A DNA stretch of 64,000 nt. Origin: Amoebophrya sp. A120 (lineage: Eukaryota > Protista > Dinoflagellata). Every line of letters begins with the position of its first letter. The stretch's first letter is position 1. The notes under the pieces are model-generated. The model did no database searches. It had not been told where the DNA came from and saw only the letters and a list, made by a program, of their open reading frames with translations. Shown piece after piece: positions 22,951-37,700 of the stretch. Location of the stretch: positions 3,182,587-3,246,586 of the forward strand of contig CAJINV010000010.1 in the NCBI GenBank assembly GCA_905178155.1. The letters are read 5' to 3'. The translations under genes and the position numbers were made by a program.

Positions 22951-24011
22951 ATTATAGATACTACTAGCGCCTAGGTCTAGGTCTAGCTAGGGCTCCTAGC
23001 CTCACAATCGGATAATAAATTGAAACTGATGAAGATCTGATTGAAGATCGAGGATGACATCGTTGGCACGAAATAGAATGGTAAATGAACTTAACCCACA
23101 TTGTACTTAAGTTTAAATTATTCGCTTTGCGCGGCAATTGAAAAAAAACACGGCAGAGTCCTTGCATAAAAGGCAACATTTTTGTGTCCTCGTGTACATC
23201 AAATACCATAAATACAATGAAATTCAAATTTGACTAGGCAGGAGGTACCTCATATAGATCAAACGTTTGTGAGCTTCATATGAAGACTCCTGCCGTATTC
23301 GTGCTTCTCACACGACTTGTACTTAACGAAGACACGTAGAAACAACCCCACCACAGTGTTGACTTCGATCTGCGACCCCACCCACCTAGTAGCCCTCGTA
23401 GAGCTACACTGTCACTGCAGCATCCGCTTCGCCTTTTTCATTGTACCGCATCACAAACCAGCCGATTCGAGCGCAGAAGTCGTGCGCGCGCACTTCAGAT
23501 TTGACAGGACCGAACGCAGAAGAAACCACCGATAGCTCAGCAGAGTAGGACAACTAGAACTACAAAAACGACGATTATATGAAGGAATAGAATACTTCTA
23601 CTTGTTCAAACTGTGACAATGATATGTCGTTCCAGTTCCTATCGTAAAAAAGCCACAGATGTTGCTCAATTTGGTGACGTCGGCTCTCTACTTGAAGAAC
23701 AAACGTGGTATACGCAGGCCGGCTACTGCGATGAGCATGAAGTTATTCTTGCAATTATCGCTGGGAATCTTCCCTCCATTTCTGCATTGTTATTTGCGCG
23801 TCGGTAGAAGATTTTTAAACTGAAGAAATACGTGCAGCTGGTGCCTCTCGAAGGCGAAATTGTAGAAGATCTTGGTTGGTTGCAAGCAGGACGAGAAAGT
23901 CCACCTTGAAGTTTATTCGTCGTGCGAACAAATAAAGCTGTAACAGTAGGACCATCGATCAAGAGCAGTCAAGTAGGCCGCGCTAACAGTGATTCTTCGT
24001 GTTCTGCAGTT

Positions 24012-26006
24012 CTACTGATCCACCTTCCGTTTTTTCGTCGAGCAAGAGCCGCTTTTAGTTTCACCCCCGACATCAACATCATCCTCCTCATGTGGTTCCT
24101 TTCCCATATCGCCACCCCCAGCCGCGGCCGCCTCAGCAGGACGAGAGTCAACATGCTGGTCCACCGCTTCTTCTACCTCAGGCGAGCCGCCACTCCCTGC
24201 GACAGCACTACAGCGGCCTACGCTTTTGTTATCATTGTCCGCGGCGCTCCTGCCTTGATTTTTTACTAGTTCATCTTCTACTGCCGGCACAACGCTCATT
24301 TCTTTTTTCAGCAAAACCTCTCCCTCGCACCGACTGCAGTGGCACTCAAAGTGCCAGTGCTTCAGCTTCTTCCGGCGGTCACACACCGTGTACTTCTCAC
24401 TGTCGTCCGTCATTTCCGGGTATGGATTGCAAAAGTGTCTGGGTCTGAAAGGTTGGAGCTTGTAATGCTAGCTCTCCATACCTAGGAAATCTGTATTGCA
24501 TGGCCAACAAAAGTCGCAGCCTCTTTCGTACATGCAAAGACGCAGTTTCTCATGCGAATTGCCTATGAGAAAGTGATCTGAAAATTTGTCATGCTGCGTC
24601 GCATTCCGAATTGTTTTCATCATCCACGTTTGAGCATCACAAGTTTCCAGACCCAGACATTTTTGCATTTGATACCGGGCAGTAGTTGATGGTGAGCTTC
24701 TCGCCCTTCTTCACGACGCGGTTCGTTTTCAGGTTTACCGTCGTCTGCGCGACGTCCTCCTCGTCCAACTCGACTTCAACGTTCGCGTCGCAATCATGAT
24801 TCAACAGGGAGAGCAACACAAACACCCCCTTGCGATTGGTCTGGCTGTGCGCAGTGGTCGTAAGGGTTGTGGTCGAGGTCGTGCTAGTAATTTTCGACAG
24901 CACATCATCGTGTTTTTGTTGTTCAACATCGTTGGTTTCACCCGCCGCGCCGGCCGTGTTTGCAGATGGGGTTGGTGCTGACGTTGCTGCATCACCACCC
25001 TTCAGTCCACGTTGCTGTTCTCCTCGCGCCTGCCCCAGCCCAATCCCATTCTGGCTGAGCCGCTCCGCGAGATTTTGCAGCAGATCCGGGCCTTTGATTT
25101 TCGAGTCCCAGATCTGAGTCGGGAACTTGTTGAAGGGCGCCATGTGGGACACCTTGGCCAACTCCTCGAAAATTTCCTGACTGCTCGTCTGGTGGAACTG
25201 AAAGACGGAGCTTTCCGGGATCGAGCACAGCCGCTCGAACGGGCGCAGAGCGTCGGCTAAATGCTTTTCGGACAGCTGCTGGTGTGTTGATGACTTATTC
25301 ACACTATGTATTCCAGAGTCGGCATCGTCGTTGGACAACTTGTTCTGAGCACGATCCTGCTCGTCGGGCAACTGTTCCGCGATTTGGCACAAGCAGGAAG
25401 CCAGCGCCAGGATTCCAACCTGCGTGTCCGGAGACCGGTCCAGCTGCCACTTTGCCCACGTTATGCATTGCAAAACAAGTATCGCAGTCGCACTAGTAAC
25501 AAGTACAACTTCATCTCGCATCACCAATTTAGAACCAAGAAGATGAAACAAAAGCGGTGGAGTTTGTCTTTGTCATGCTAAACAAGGTAGGAAAAGCAAA
25601 AGAGTTTTGATGTCACGCATGATTCCAAGTAGAAGTACAACGACTCCGATACTTTTGCACAGGACATACAGGTCTTCCACGGCAGGTGATCAAAAATCTG
25701 TTCGTAGAACGACAGAATCGCGGGGGTCGTGGTTCCTGTAAAAATATTCATGTTCTGCTGCTGTGATGTCGCAGGACCAGTGGTACAGTTAGTGGTCCAC
25801 AAGCTTTTCGCATGGGGCCAGCTCACGAGGGCGGACTCCTGCAAAAACCACTCGCCCCGCTCCAAATCCTTGCTCGCCACCAGGAAGCGGCCGGATTTCT
25901 CGTCGCACTTGACGTCGATGTAGTCGCTGAGCGTCGGCACGGAGGCGATGATTTGCCGGATCTCTCCGAGCTCGGTGTCATCCTGAATTTCGTGGACCAC
26001 CTTCAT
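24012..26006 (-). CDS. SMYD-like SET-domain lysine methyltransferase; exons approx 26006-25669, 25461-24675, 24420-24012
   Basis: Split SET domain: N-part SGRFLVASKDLERGE; C-part GVFVLLSLLNHDCDAN..VKKGEKLTINY; post-SET WHFECHCSRC. Both joins in frame. Confidence 0.88.
24421..24674. mobile_element. Introner family B
   Basis: DR CCGGG; join INYCPEM. Confidence 0.92.
25462..25668. mobile_element. Introner family A, diverged
   Basis: DR CACGT/CAGGT; join PWKTWAK. Confidence 0.8.
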
Positions 26007-27240
26007 TTTATTCTCCTAGTTGGAACAATTCTTGGTGCAGCTGGACATCGAACCTCCCGTTGCAAGAACCGAAGATCGTGAGGCCACTTTTTGTCTTAGG
26101 TTGTCGTCGATAAATGCAACTAAGGGTCGAAGGGTCGTGGTTCACAACGTTGAAAAATACCAAGATGAAGTAAGCAAGAACAGCCTCGAGTTTATTTTAC
26201 GAGATGATTCGCTTTCTGCTTGATGACTCGGGGAATAGAATTTCTGTACAACCTAGAAGCGAGTTGTAGTATAATATGGCAAGAAACAAGGACCACGGGA
26301 AATGTTCTGCCAATTCCCGCTCAAGAAAAACGAATATACGAAAATCTCAATTACCTGCAGCGGTCGCGATAATTTTCAGAAGATGCAGAAGATGGCGATA
26401 GAGATAGACGAATTTGCATGATCGTGGCAGAGAGCGACAGATTGATAGAGCTGCAAGGCCTAAGTGCAATTTTTCTTGTATTTACATATCAATTTTAGTT
26501 CTTTGGTGGTGTGGAGCACGAGCGCCGTCGATCATTCAAGTTTTGCTTGTCATTGATGTTATGCGTGTGAAGTAGAACCCAATCTTGTAGTAAACATGGA
26601 TCGCCAGGTGGAAGAACTCTCGGGCTTGGCTTTTCAAGTTTCCACTGACTTTGTGATCAGGAAGATCTTTCTTCATCTTTCATTTCCATTTGTGATCGCC
26701 ATCATCAAGCCAAGTAGTAGTGTAGTAGTAGCAGGGCGAAATTAAATGCGATTCATTTCAAAGTTAAGTACGTGTTTATTAGAGGGCAGTTTCGCTTCAC
26801 GCATGACAGATTTGCCGGGTGAAGATAATCTTTCCCAGTTTCGGTTCATGCTAGAAGATCTCGACGTGAACGATTAATATTCCTCCTAAGTAGCAAGGAC
26901 TCGCTCCTGCATTGCGCTAGTGCTGTGATAGAGACTTAGTGACACTATCGCTTTAGGTGCAACACTATCGCCGTCAAGAACGCCAGTGCGAGATAGCGCA
27001 ATCAATACTGTGGCGTACAGTTATGCAACTGTCTTTATTTCTGTGCAATGCTACTACTTCAACACCGAGTGTATGAAGATATTGTACAGATGCAAGCTAC
27101 GGCTCAATTCAATTATAGCTTAGTCATGTTGATGTTTCACTTTCATTTTGTCGGCTCAGTTCGATACTTTATGTTTGGATGTCCTTTCGTCCCCCTCCCC
27201 TTCGTAAACGGACCCAGGGTACCCATTTGAATTCGTCGAC

Positions 27241-30200
27241 TCATACACAGATTTCAAATTTCCAATGCCTCCCTTCTGTCCTCGCACATCTGCACCATAT
27301 GGAAGCGTCAGGTTTGAAATCGTCAAAGTTGAAATAATTTAAATGCATAAAATGCGATACAAGAAAAAGTGACTCTATTGCAGAGGCCCCACGAGAGGCA
27401 GATTATAGTGTTGGTAAGGGTCAAGAGTTGGACTGCTGACTAGCATGACAGAAGGCAGCTCTTTTGCCCTAAACCGCATGACAGACTCGCTTCCATGACC
27501 GGGAAAATTTGTCATGCACCGACTACAAACTGTAGGTCTAACTGGTATCCGTTTTATGCATGACAAAGTATTTCAACTTTGACGATTTCAAACCTGACAC
27601 ATCCATACACCAATTCGCGAAGATATCGAAGAGGAAGTTGCCACTGCGCCGCCGTGCCCACCCGTGGTGCTTGACAGAATAAAGTACACTTGCTTCACTG
27701 ACAGGTCGAAGTACAGCGCCAAAATCGTCAAGCCCAGGGTGACTGCGAAGAAGAAGAAGAACAAACTCCGGTTGAGAAACAGGCTGGTAATGGAGAAAAA
27801 GACGCCATGAGAGTGTTGGAAGTCACTCACCCGCCGCATCCGTCTCGTATTATGCAATGTAAATTTCCTGTACATGTACAAAATGCATGACAAATTTTGC
27901 TAACTTGCAGTGTGCAACTTGTCAGGCTACACTAGGATTGAAGGCAGATTTTGTCATGCAGAGACAGCATTTGTACGTGTACAGGAAATTTACTGCGGAT
28001 ACGTATAGTCCGTGGAGTACAAGATGGAGGCGGACACGCGTGGCAAATTTCCGTTTTCGAATATTCTCTGAAAATCTACCATCCCCTTCCCCATCCATTT
28101 TCTGCATGACAAACACCGAATTCGCTACATGTTTTGCATGACAAATTGGATGGGAATGCTTAATTTTCAGGGGATATCGAAGTAGCTGGAAAAAGACGTA
28201 GAAGAACCAGTATCGGGATAGATGATTCCTACGTCTCGTTGCTGGTGGTCGTGAAGCGGCCCGGGGGCCGGGGAGGACAACTGAGCAATGATCTTTATTT
28301 TCATTTGTCATCATGCGTTTGAATTTGATCAATTGATGATGCGACATTTGGACGACCAAATTGCTGCTTTGGCTGCACCACGCGCACGCTCCTGTCCTTC
28401 GTGGATAAGTAAATCATCATCAGAAGTAGCAGCTGTTCTACTGCACGAACTCAATGTCGTGAAGGTGCGAAAAGCTCAACTCGATTTGTCGCGGAACTAC
28501 TCCTACTCGTCATCGTGAACCAGATGCAAAAACAAATTTAGCCACCTGCATATTCCTGCTGTCAAAGGTAAACAATTTGTGATCGATCGGCAGCCCGCTA
28601 TCTATGGCGTTCTCAACTGTTACACTCTCAACTGTTACATGGATTTGTCGTGCAAAAACAGCAATAGGGAAAGGGGAAAGCTTGCAAGTCTTGCATCACA
28701 AATTTGGCACGGATTTAGATGCTGTTATAGCCATTCGATGATTTGTCATGCGAAGCAGCTTGATTGTCTTGCGGATCGGGATCGTGGTCATTTTGCATGA
28801 CAAATCATGTAACAGCTGAGAATGTAACATATGAGAACGCCATACTATCTGGATCGATGTTTGACGCCAGCATCTTTTCACTATCAAAGGCAAAAGCAAT
28901 ATCGTGCTACTAGAACAAGTGCTGGCTCTTGTTGTGATCGGACTTACAAACTTCCCCAGCGCGGTAAGTGATGCAGATTTAGATAGAACAAAGAGATTTG
29001 GATTTGCACCATGTGCATATCATGTGTGATTATTATGTAGAAAGATGGCGAGCGCGAGGAGTAGTACGATACTTTTGCACATTTGATACTCTTGCACAAA
29101 CTGCAATCGCGCATCGTCGAAGCTGAGAAATTCCTCTTCTGCGCCGTTTCTCCATTGCAAATATGTAAATCTGGATCGGAATCTGTGTTGCGAAAGCTGA
29201 ACGACAAGTAGGAAATCCATGATGCATATAGTAGGAGCGACCGCTTTTTCTGCTGTCGTGCAGCGAGAGAGTTTGTCATGCACAATGGAATGCGGTTGCA
29301 TACGCATTCGCAAGAAGAAGAAGAAGAACAACAAAGCAAAATATAATGCGGCCAAGCCGCTTCAGACGTTTCATTGTCATTTCTGCCATCCCATAGTACA
29401 ACAGCTCAGTATGACAAATCGCGTGCCTCTATCCAAGCCCAGACATGTTTGCAATTGATACCGTTATTTCCGCTTTTCCGCTGCATCAGATCCTCAATCT
29501 CCTTGAGGTGGTCGTAGCCCTATGCATCGCAAAAGTATCGCACTACTTAGTACAAATTGCATGCGTCACAAATTGACTTAATGCGAAAATTCCTTAACAA
29601 GTAGCAAAGTTGTAATGCATAAACGCAGTTAGTATGTAGTGAGGTCACCGAACGGTTCTAACCGGGGAGTTTTTTTGCCACCCAGACAGCAAAACGACCG
29701 GCAGTTTTCAAGCGGGCGGAAGTGTTTTTTGACAAAAAAGATTTTCAATTATTAAGTGGCTTTGGCTTTGTCGGCACCGAATCGCCAGCGGATTCTATCG
29801 CTCGCCGCTGGGTAAAACGACGCAGGGGAGCCAGCGAAAGCGGCGCCCTTCTGAGGGCCCCACCGCCTTGATTTCTGGCGGTTTGGGGCGCCCAAAAAGA
29901 CACGCGAAAAAAACGCGCCCAGAATCAGAATAGCGAAACAGCATGGCACGGCCGCGATTTCGGAGCATTTTGGGCGACCTCGAAAGCGGCCGCATTTTCG
30001 CCGGCTTCAGAGCCTGGGAAGCTTTGCAAAAAGCGCCGGCTAGAAAAATAAAAACGCAAAAAAGCAAAAGCGCGCCAGACGCGCAAAGCCAATCCGCATG
30101 CTAGGGGCCCGATTTTTCTTCGCTTTTTGGGGACCCCCCGTGGCACCCGAATCGGCCCCATAGCGTGGGGGCTGGCATTCGGAAAGGAATATCGGGAATT

Positions 30201-30652
30201 TGCCAAAATTTGCTACGTTTAGCAAGCGGCCGCCATACCGTGCGGCCTAACGTTACTCACGGCGGTATGGCGAGTCCAGAAAAAGCAAAGCCGCGGCCAT
30301 GGCGGCGGCCGGCGGGCAAGAAAACGCCCACGACCTCACTACCCCCGCCCCGGCGGCTATATTTGGTACTAGTTAAGGATACTTTTGCACAGGATAAGCC
30401 ACGGCTCTCGGCTATTTCCAGATCGAAGTTCTCGCTGGACCGCCCGAGAATGGTGACTGATGGTGGAGGCACAGCTTCTCCTATAATTCCCGTCGTGCCT
30501 TTCTTGTCCGATGTAGTTGGAGACGCAGACGCAGTCGTGAAAAGGCCTGGTTGTACTGCTGGTAATTTGTCATTCGTGTCGTCAGCGAAAGGGTTAATGT
30601 GATTGTCAGCAGCACGGTCAGATGAAACAAAAATATCAGGGGGTTCCTTCAT
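27241..30652 (-). CDS. Hypothetical membrane protein, multi-exon
   Basis: ATG at 30652; hydrophobic segment SLFFFFFAVTLGLTILALYF; stop at 27241; middle exons not resolved. Confidence 0.5.
27298..27607. mobile_element. Introner family D
   Basis: DR CACCA. Confidence 0.9.
27851..28001. mobile_element. Introner family J (TIR GTAAATTTCCTGTACA)
   Basis: DR CGTAT. Confidence 0.85.
28062..28176. mobile_element. Short introner family K
   Basis: DR TCGAA. Confidence 0.8.
28603..28844. mobile_element. Introner family C
   Basis: DR CTATC. Confidence 0.9.
28882..29088. mobile_element. Degenerate A-like introner
   Basis: A-type right end; DR not recognisable. Confidence 0.5.
29521..30396. mobile_element. 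A-like introner with nested GC-rich insert
   Basis: DR AGCCC/AGCCA; join SRGYDHLK in frame. Confidence 0.8.
29636..30362 (+). mobile_element. Putative non-autonomous Helentron/Helitron2-like element
   Basis: Asymmetric 11-bp inverted repeat GTAGTGAGGTC (29636) / GACCTCACTAC (30332), followed by a short GC hairpin; no TSD seen. Confidence 0.5.
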
Positions 30653-31799
30653 CTTGTTGTTTTTTTTACTTGGTTCACTTCTTTTTCGTCGTCACAAACA
30701 CATCAAGCAGTAAGTTGGAATGCTTTGACTTTTGCTATTGTCCGATATACTTGCTTGGAAATCGGAAACAGAGACTCTAGTACGAAGACGCCCTAGCGGT
30801 CACGAACCCATCTGCCACATAACATTCGCTTTATGGTATGAAAAAGCAAGCCAAAGCCGAGACAAACGATAGAGACGAGGATTCGGGAGCGGCCGGCACC
30901 CCATTTAGTACGCACGAAAAAGGGAAAGCACTTGTAGCAATGTAGAAAGATGAAAAATGTTGACAGGCAATGATTTATCAAAGACGACGACGAATAGAGG
31001 GCGAACAAAGCCTCTACTACTTTCCCAAACCGACCTCTTCGGACGGTCGTAGAAGTGGATGTAGCCTCCAAAATTATACACTTAGCTCAGTTCTGAAATC
31101 ACAAGTAGTCTGGTTGAATGAGAATCAGAATGCTCAATCAGATGCCTTGTTATGCTAAAAAAACTATACAAGCCGAAGGTCATAACCAACAAGCCGAATA
31201 AAGTTATCATGCCAAAAAATGCAAATACAATGAAAAGAGTAGCCAAAACAAATCGTGAGGTTGAAGGTGTTCTTGTTCTATCTTCTGTAATTGCGGCGCT
31301 GAGTAGAAAACGAAAAGGAAAACCAAAACGCGATGGAGGTTCTGGTTTCCTCCTTGTCCTTTTGTCGTTGTCTATATTAGTGAAAATCCGAATAAAAACA
31401 ATGGTGCAAAGTTGTCGATACAAACTATGATATAATGATAATCCGATTCGTTTTCTGATACGATATCTCCTCCGTGTGGTTTTGACCACGAGGTGGTCGT
31501 CTTGAAAGACTTCTAGACTGACAGAATTATGGCGCCATGAAACTATATCTGTTTAAGTACTTACTCTTACATTAATGTATGGTTTGCAAGTTACTTAACT
31601 CGAGATGAGCAGTGGGAAGAAGCATATGAAATGAAAAATCGCCAATCCAGGCCGAGGCCTGTAGGGTTAATGACATTGTACACCTACACAGAAGCTGCAT
31701 GCATGTTGAATATAGGAAAAGGAATCCGAATCTCTACGTAAAACTGAAACACTACAAACAATAACAATGATAGTCTGGGATTCCACATATTATAACAAC

Positions 31800-34700
31800 T
31801 TACGCAAACACCCGCGGAAATTTTTGTTGAAACAAACTGACCACACCTCCGGTATTTGCGCCGTTCTGCTCCGGCAGCACAAATGCGTTCTGTATAACCC
31901 GCTCAGGTGTTACAATCTCAAACGTTAATACAACAGATTCTGGAAATCTGTGATGCAAGAGCTGCATGATCTAGCCTCCTCCCATAGGAAGATTGCGCAT
32001 GACCAGTTTCGGAGTCCCCAAACACACCTGAAATCCGGCGAAATTTGTATTGCGAAAACCTCAATTCCCTGTACGTTCCTCATGCTCTTTATGCAATACG
32101 AAATCCAGACTCTGTTGTAACGTTAGAGAGTCGTGTAATGCTTGAGCGGGTCATATTTTGCTGTGCCATTTTCGTCACCTCCTTGATGGGAATCTTCGGC
32201 AAGTCAAACTTCAGCATCCCCTTCAATTGCGACAAATCCCCAGGAGCAGGAGCTCCCGTGGCCGCCCCGTTTTGCTGCAATAGATCACGATGATCCGCCA
32301 CTGCAGCGCCCGCGGAATGGTCCTCGAGCCCCAAGGCCGCAACGAGATTCGGCACAGCAGCCGCTCCCCCGATCGGCACATCCAATGTTCCCGCGATCTT
32401 CTTCAAAAAAGCAATCGACCCGTCGGTGATCAGCCTGCGGATTCTCGCCTTCGATTATTGCGGTGAAAAGTGCCCCCCACCCCTGAAATTGCAAAAATTT
32501 GTGGTGCGAAGTTTCCAAATGAAAACTTTTTGTCATGCATGAAAGGAGAATGAATCTTTCTGATGCAGAGTCTACGCGTGTGTCGCATCGCTTGCATGAC
32601 AAGCGCCGCTCGTGCTAGGGTCTTTTGCAATACAAATCTTTGCTACTCACGATTGGAAACCTGTGATGCTGATAGATGCAAGAGGGCGAATGTTTCACTT
32701 GGAAAGGTTTGCAATACAAATGCTCCCAAGTTCGGGGGTGGGGGCATTTTTCATTGTAATATCGACTCGTAAATTTCCGTGGGAATTTTCCCGAAGTCCT
32801 GGGGCTCAAAGTCGAAGTCAATTTCGTCCTTCAGGTATACTGGGCAGAAGTATCGTACTCGTAATAATTGCAAATATGCATGACAAAGCTTCCTCCATCA
32901 AGGGTAAAACAGCATTACAAGTTGGTTCCACTTTTCTTCTTGCAAAAATTATTTGTAATGCAATTTATACTTAGTACGATGCTTTTGCATTGCATATCAC
33001 ATTATATTTCTGAATGGTGAACGTCGGCTCGCGCTGCGCCGCCGCGCCGGACGTGTTTTGTGCGTTGAACAGGACCGCTTGGCTATCGCATGCAAAAACG
33101 TCCCCAACTCCAGATTTGTAACATGCAGATTTGCAGCAAATCTGCATGTTACAAATGTTTCTCATGAGAAGGAGCATTGCGTAGTCGTGTTTTGGAATTA
33201 CAATTAGTCATGCTCTAATCAGAATGATGGACTAGATCTGTGATGCTGCTTAAGTACCTCGACCAGCACTACACCACGATTCCACAGATTTGTCATGCAA
33301 AACAGCCAAAACTTGTGGATTTGTCTAGCCGATTTCCTATCTTGACTATGGGGTGGGAACGTTTTTTCATAGGATATTGGTTTTCGCTTTGGAGCACCGA
33401 ATCAACGATGTCTGAGTGTTGGATGTTGCCGAACGTGGCTTCCCAGAAATCTTCCGTGGCGTGCACCTGTTCCTCCAGTTTCTTCTCCTGTTCTTTCAGA
33501 TATGACAGTGCACAACTCCCCCTCGTCCTCATTTCTCATGCAATAAAGTCCACAATTCCAGTTGTTCCCTTGATGTATCACTATTATGCATGACAAATTC
33601 CGGAAGCTCTAACAGTACTGCACTAGGTGCACAAATTTGTCATGCGTTGTGGCCTCCACGTGTGCTGGTGTTTGTATTGGTGTTCAACCTATACAAAAGA
33701 GGAGGAAGGGGAGTTGCGCACTCTCATATCAGAAACACTGGTGCGTAAAACTGGAGCAACGTTTGGAGCAGGGTTTGCAGCAAAAACCGGTCCGCAGACA
33801 GCTGCAGATTCAGGGACAGAGTCGTTCTAGTTGAAGAGGCCGAGGACCCTGTGCCCGACTGGAGGCTTTCCATGGTTTCTTGCTGCGTCCTTTCGACGGT
33901 CTTTCGCAATTGTTCCACGAGCAGCTGTCTGGCCTCTCGCGCTTCTTTCACAGCCGATTCTTTATCCACTAAATTGTCTACTTGGTCCGCATGCTCCTGT
34001 TCCAGCGCGTCGTCGTTGTCCAGCCCCGCAGCGAAGGCTTCCAGCAAGTCTTCCCTCGGGTTCAGTTTCTTGTCGTAGGAGAAAAGTTATCCTGCGCAAA
34101 AATATCGTACTCGTAGTAATTGCAAACATGCATATACAAATCTTGGTCCTATGCTAAATCAGCATTGCAAATTTTATCTCTCATGCTGAGGAAATTTGCA
34201 ATGCATTTATACGAGTACGATACTTTAACTTTTGCAGCTCATAAAAGTAGACTTGGGTCGAAAAGCGGGTAAGACGTGCTGCCAAAGATCTCGTAGATGG
34301 TTGCCAAAGATCTTGTTCTCGTCTTGTGCTGTTTATTCTGGTTCTCCACGTAGTTGACCACCTCTGCAGAAGTAGTCTCAAACTCTCGCTTATGGATTGT
34401 AAAAGTGTCTAGGTCTGGAAGGTTGGGACATGTAATGCTAGCTTTCCATACCTAGAAAATCTGTATTGCATAACGAACAAAAGTCGCAGCCTCTTACTTT
34501 CTTTGTCATGCAAAAACGCAGTTTCTCATGTGGATTGCCTATGAGAAAGCGTTTTGGGAAGTTGTCATGCCGGACTGCATTCGGAAGTGTTTTCATCATG
34601 CACATTTTAGCATCATAAGTTTCCAGACCCAGACATTTTTGCATTTCATATCGCTTGTCCCACAGGAACCCAGACACGGTGTTTTTCATCTCTATGACAG

Positions 34701-37700
34701 TGCACAACTCCCCCTCCCCCTCATTTGTGATGCAAAATGCCCAACCCAGACAGTCCCTCTTAGCACTGTTTGCATGACAAGTTCTGGCAGCCCAAATAGC
34801 ACTACAATCCTGTGGCTGTGCAAATTTGGCGTGCAAAACCTGCATTCTCGCTGTCGCTTGTATTGCCGTTCATGCTTTACAAATGAGGGAGAGGGGGAGT
34901 TGTGCACTCTCATATTCTCCCCGGAAGTGACACAAACGGCGGACCGTGTCGGTTGCTTGGCTTGAGTTCTGCTGTGCAAAAGTATCGCACTCGTTTCGTA
35001 TAAATGCTGGTCTTGCATTACAAATCTTTATCTTAAGGGAAATCCGCATTACAAATTTTCTCTCTCATGCTGAGAAAATTTGTAATGCATTTATACGAGT
35101 ACGATACTTTTGCAGTTCATATGAGTGTGGTCTTGGTGATGCTGTAGGACCGAAGTAGAAACTTCTGTTGCTGTAGCTGCAGCCGTAGAAGTTGCTGTAC
35201 CAGCAAGAACACCATTAGAAATTACTGTTGAAGCCTTACTCGCCGGCCCGCCTTCTGCCATCGTGCTTGTTGTTGTGAAAAACGGGTCGGCAACGTGCTC
35301 AATGCTGCAAACAAAATCGTCGTCAAACGCGGCCAGTAAGGCGGTTATTAAATGCCAAAATGTCTGGGTCTGGAAGAATGCAAGACCTGTCATGCACATT
35401 TTGCATGGCCAATGAGGTTTGCAATGCAGAACCTAGCATGACAGATTCTGTGAGGTCTCCATCATGCCTATCCTGCATCAGAAACTGCTTCTCAACTTGG
35501 TCGAAAGTCAACAGCTTCTGGACATCATGCAACACAGATTTTTGCATGATTCTGATTTACCATGACAAGTTCCACTTTTCCAGACCCAGACACTTTTGCA
35601 TTTGATAGCGGTGACAAGCCTGCCGTTGTGGCCGTCGGTGCATCGGGGGGCCAGCGCTATAGCCTGCTCACGTGTTACAATCTCAAACGTTACAATAGAC
35701 TATGGAGATCTGTGATGCAAGAAGTGCATTACCTAGAAGCCAACTCTCATAGGATTGCGCATGACAAGTAAGTTCCAGCGTCGGAGTCCCAAACCGCACT
35801 ACAATCTAGCGACATTTGTATTGCAGAAAGTAGAATGCTGTCCGAGTCTGTCATGCTCATCACGCAACGCGACAAAATCCAGATTCTATTGTAACGTTTG
35901 AGATTGTACCGTTTCAGCAGGGCGTAAGCGTGAGCAACACTTTTTGGATCACGGGGTCCTCTAGAACGGTGGAAGTTGTTGATACGCTAGTAGTGGCTTT
36001 AATATCGTTTGCGCCTGTAGTTCCGCTCATTTGTGCAGGAGCTGCCTTTGGAGCTCCTCCTGCACTAGAAGTACTCGTAGTTCCTGCTGTTTTATTGTTC
36101 CCGGCACCCCAGGTGGACCACGTGTTAGTTATTGTGCTCGAGCTGCCCGCCGCCGCTGAGCCCGTGGACGCCTCGTAATCAAAAATCGAATACATTTTCC
36201 TCTCCCGAAGGCGCTTTTTTCGAGACGCAGGGGAGTTGTTGTGGTTCCCCTTTATTTTTCCGTTTTCCAACTCCGCCCCTACTTCAAACGAGCTATTTCT
36301 TCGCAACAAATTCGTACTACTGCCTGACCGCTTCGACCCCGCCCTGCGCATCTCCCGCATTTCCCGCGCGTGCTCCAAAACGAGCTCCGCATTTCCCTGA
36401 ATTAGGTCGCGCTTCCCTGCGAAACTCGTGGTGTTTCCCCTTTCCATATGGATTGTAAAAATGTCTGGGTCTGGAAACTTGTGATGTTGGGCGGCGTATC
36501 ATGAGGAGGCCACAGGTGCTGGCTCAGCATGACAAGTTTCTGAGCTTCAAGGTGTTGCCTATTGTGCATGACAAACTGCGTTTCTGCATGACAGCAAAAT
36601 GGGTCTCTTGGGTAATGTGCATGACAGATTTAAGAGTCATGTGAAACAAGCATGACAAACTTGCATTCTTCCAGACCCAGACATATTTGCATTTGATATT
36701 CCAAGCTGCTGGACCGTCGCGGAGACAGGGAAGGAGAGTCTATCGTAAAGAAAAATCCCCCCTCCCCATATCGAAAAGGCATGCCTCAGAAAATTTGCGA
36801 TGCTGATTTGTGATCGTGTCTGTCTTGCAAGTAAGCAACGGCATATGCTCCGCCCCATTATGCAGGCGGTTTGTAATGCTGTTGGGCCTACAGCATAGAC
36901 AGCCCTCATGCTACTTGCCTATGCCAAAACCTCTCTACATTGGCATGATATAGGCCTGCAGTCCTCCACTGCAAGACAGAGCTGATTTGTGTACACAAAT
37001 CCAGCAACAGAAATTTTCGGCTCGATATGGGGAGGGCGGATTTTTCCTTTTGATAGAGTCCACGCCGGAGCTGTCGCCCGCCCCCGAACTGAACGAGCGA
37101 CTTCTCCGCATCGCGTTCCCCATGGAGCCGGCCCGGTCCAGCCTTTTCGGCGAGGGAGACGCGGAGGAAAAGCCGGCCCCTCCTGCGGCCGGCGAATTCA
37201 CGCTGTTCGCGGGGGCGGTCCCGAGGCTGGTCATGCTGCCCTGCTTCTGGATAGTAGTACTAAACGCGTGTGGACCGCTCGGCGACGCCAGGGAAGATGC
37301 TCCGAAGTCCATGGTCGAGTGCTTTCCGGGAATCAATTTCTTTCCCACTGCGCTAATCGGGCTCAAAACTTCCTCCATCGTTTTCGATCGGCGCATACTG
37401 CGCAACCCCGCATGTGTCGACGTCGGAGCGGCCAGATCATCCTCGTCTTTGTTCGCCACGGCTCCTGCAGCTTTAGTGTCGCCATCTTCCTTATGCATTG
37501 CAAAAGCATCGTACTAGTATAGATTGCAATACAAATTTGGAATTTCGTTAGAATTAGAAATGGAATTTGTCATGCGGATTTGCCTTGATAAAAAGATTTG
37601 TAATGCAAGCCTTGCATTTATACGAGTACGATACTTTTGCACAGGATATTCCTCGTCGTCGTCTAGAAGAGAAACCTGCTTCCTGGTGTTATCCTGGGTA

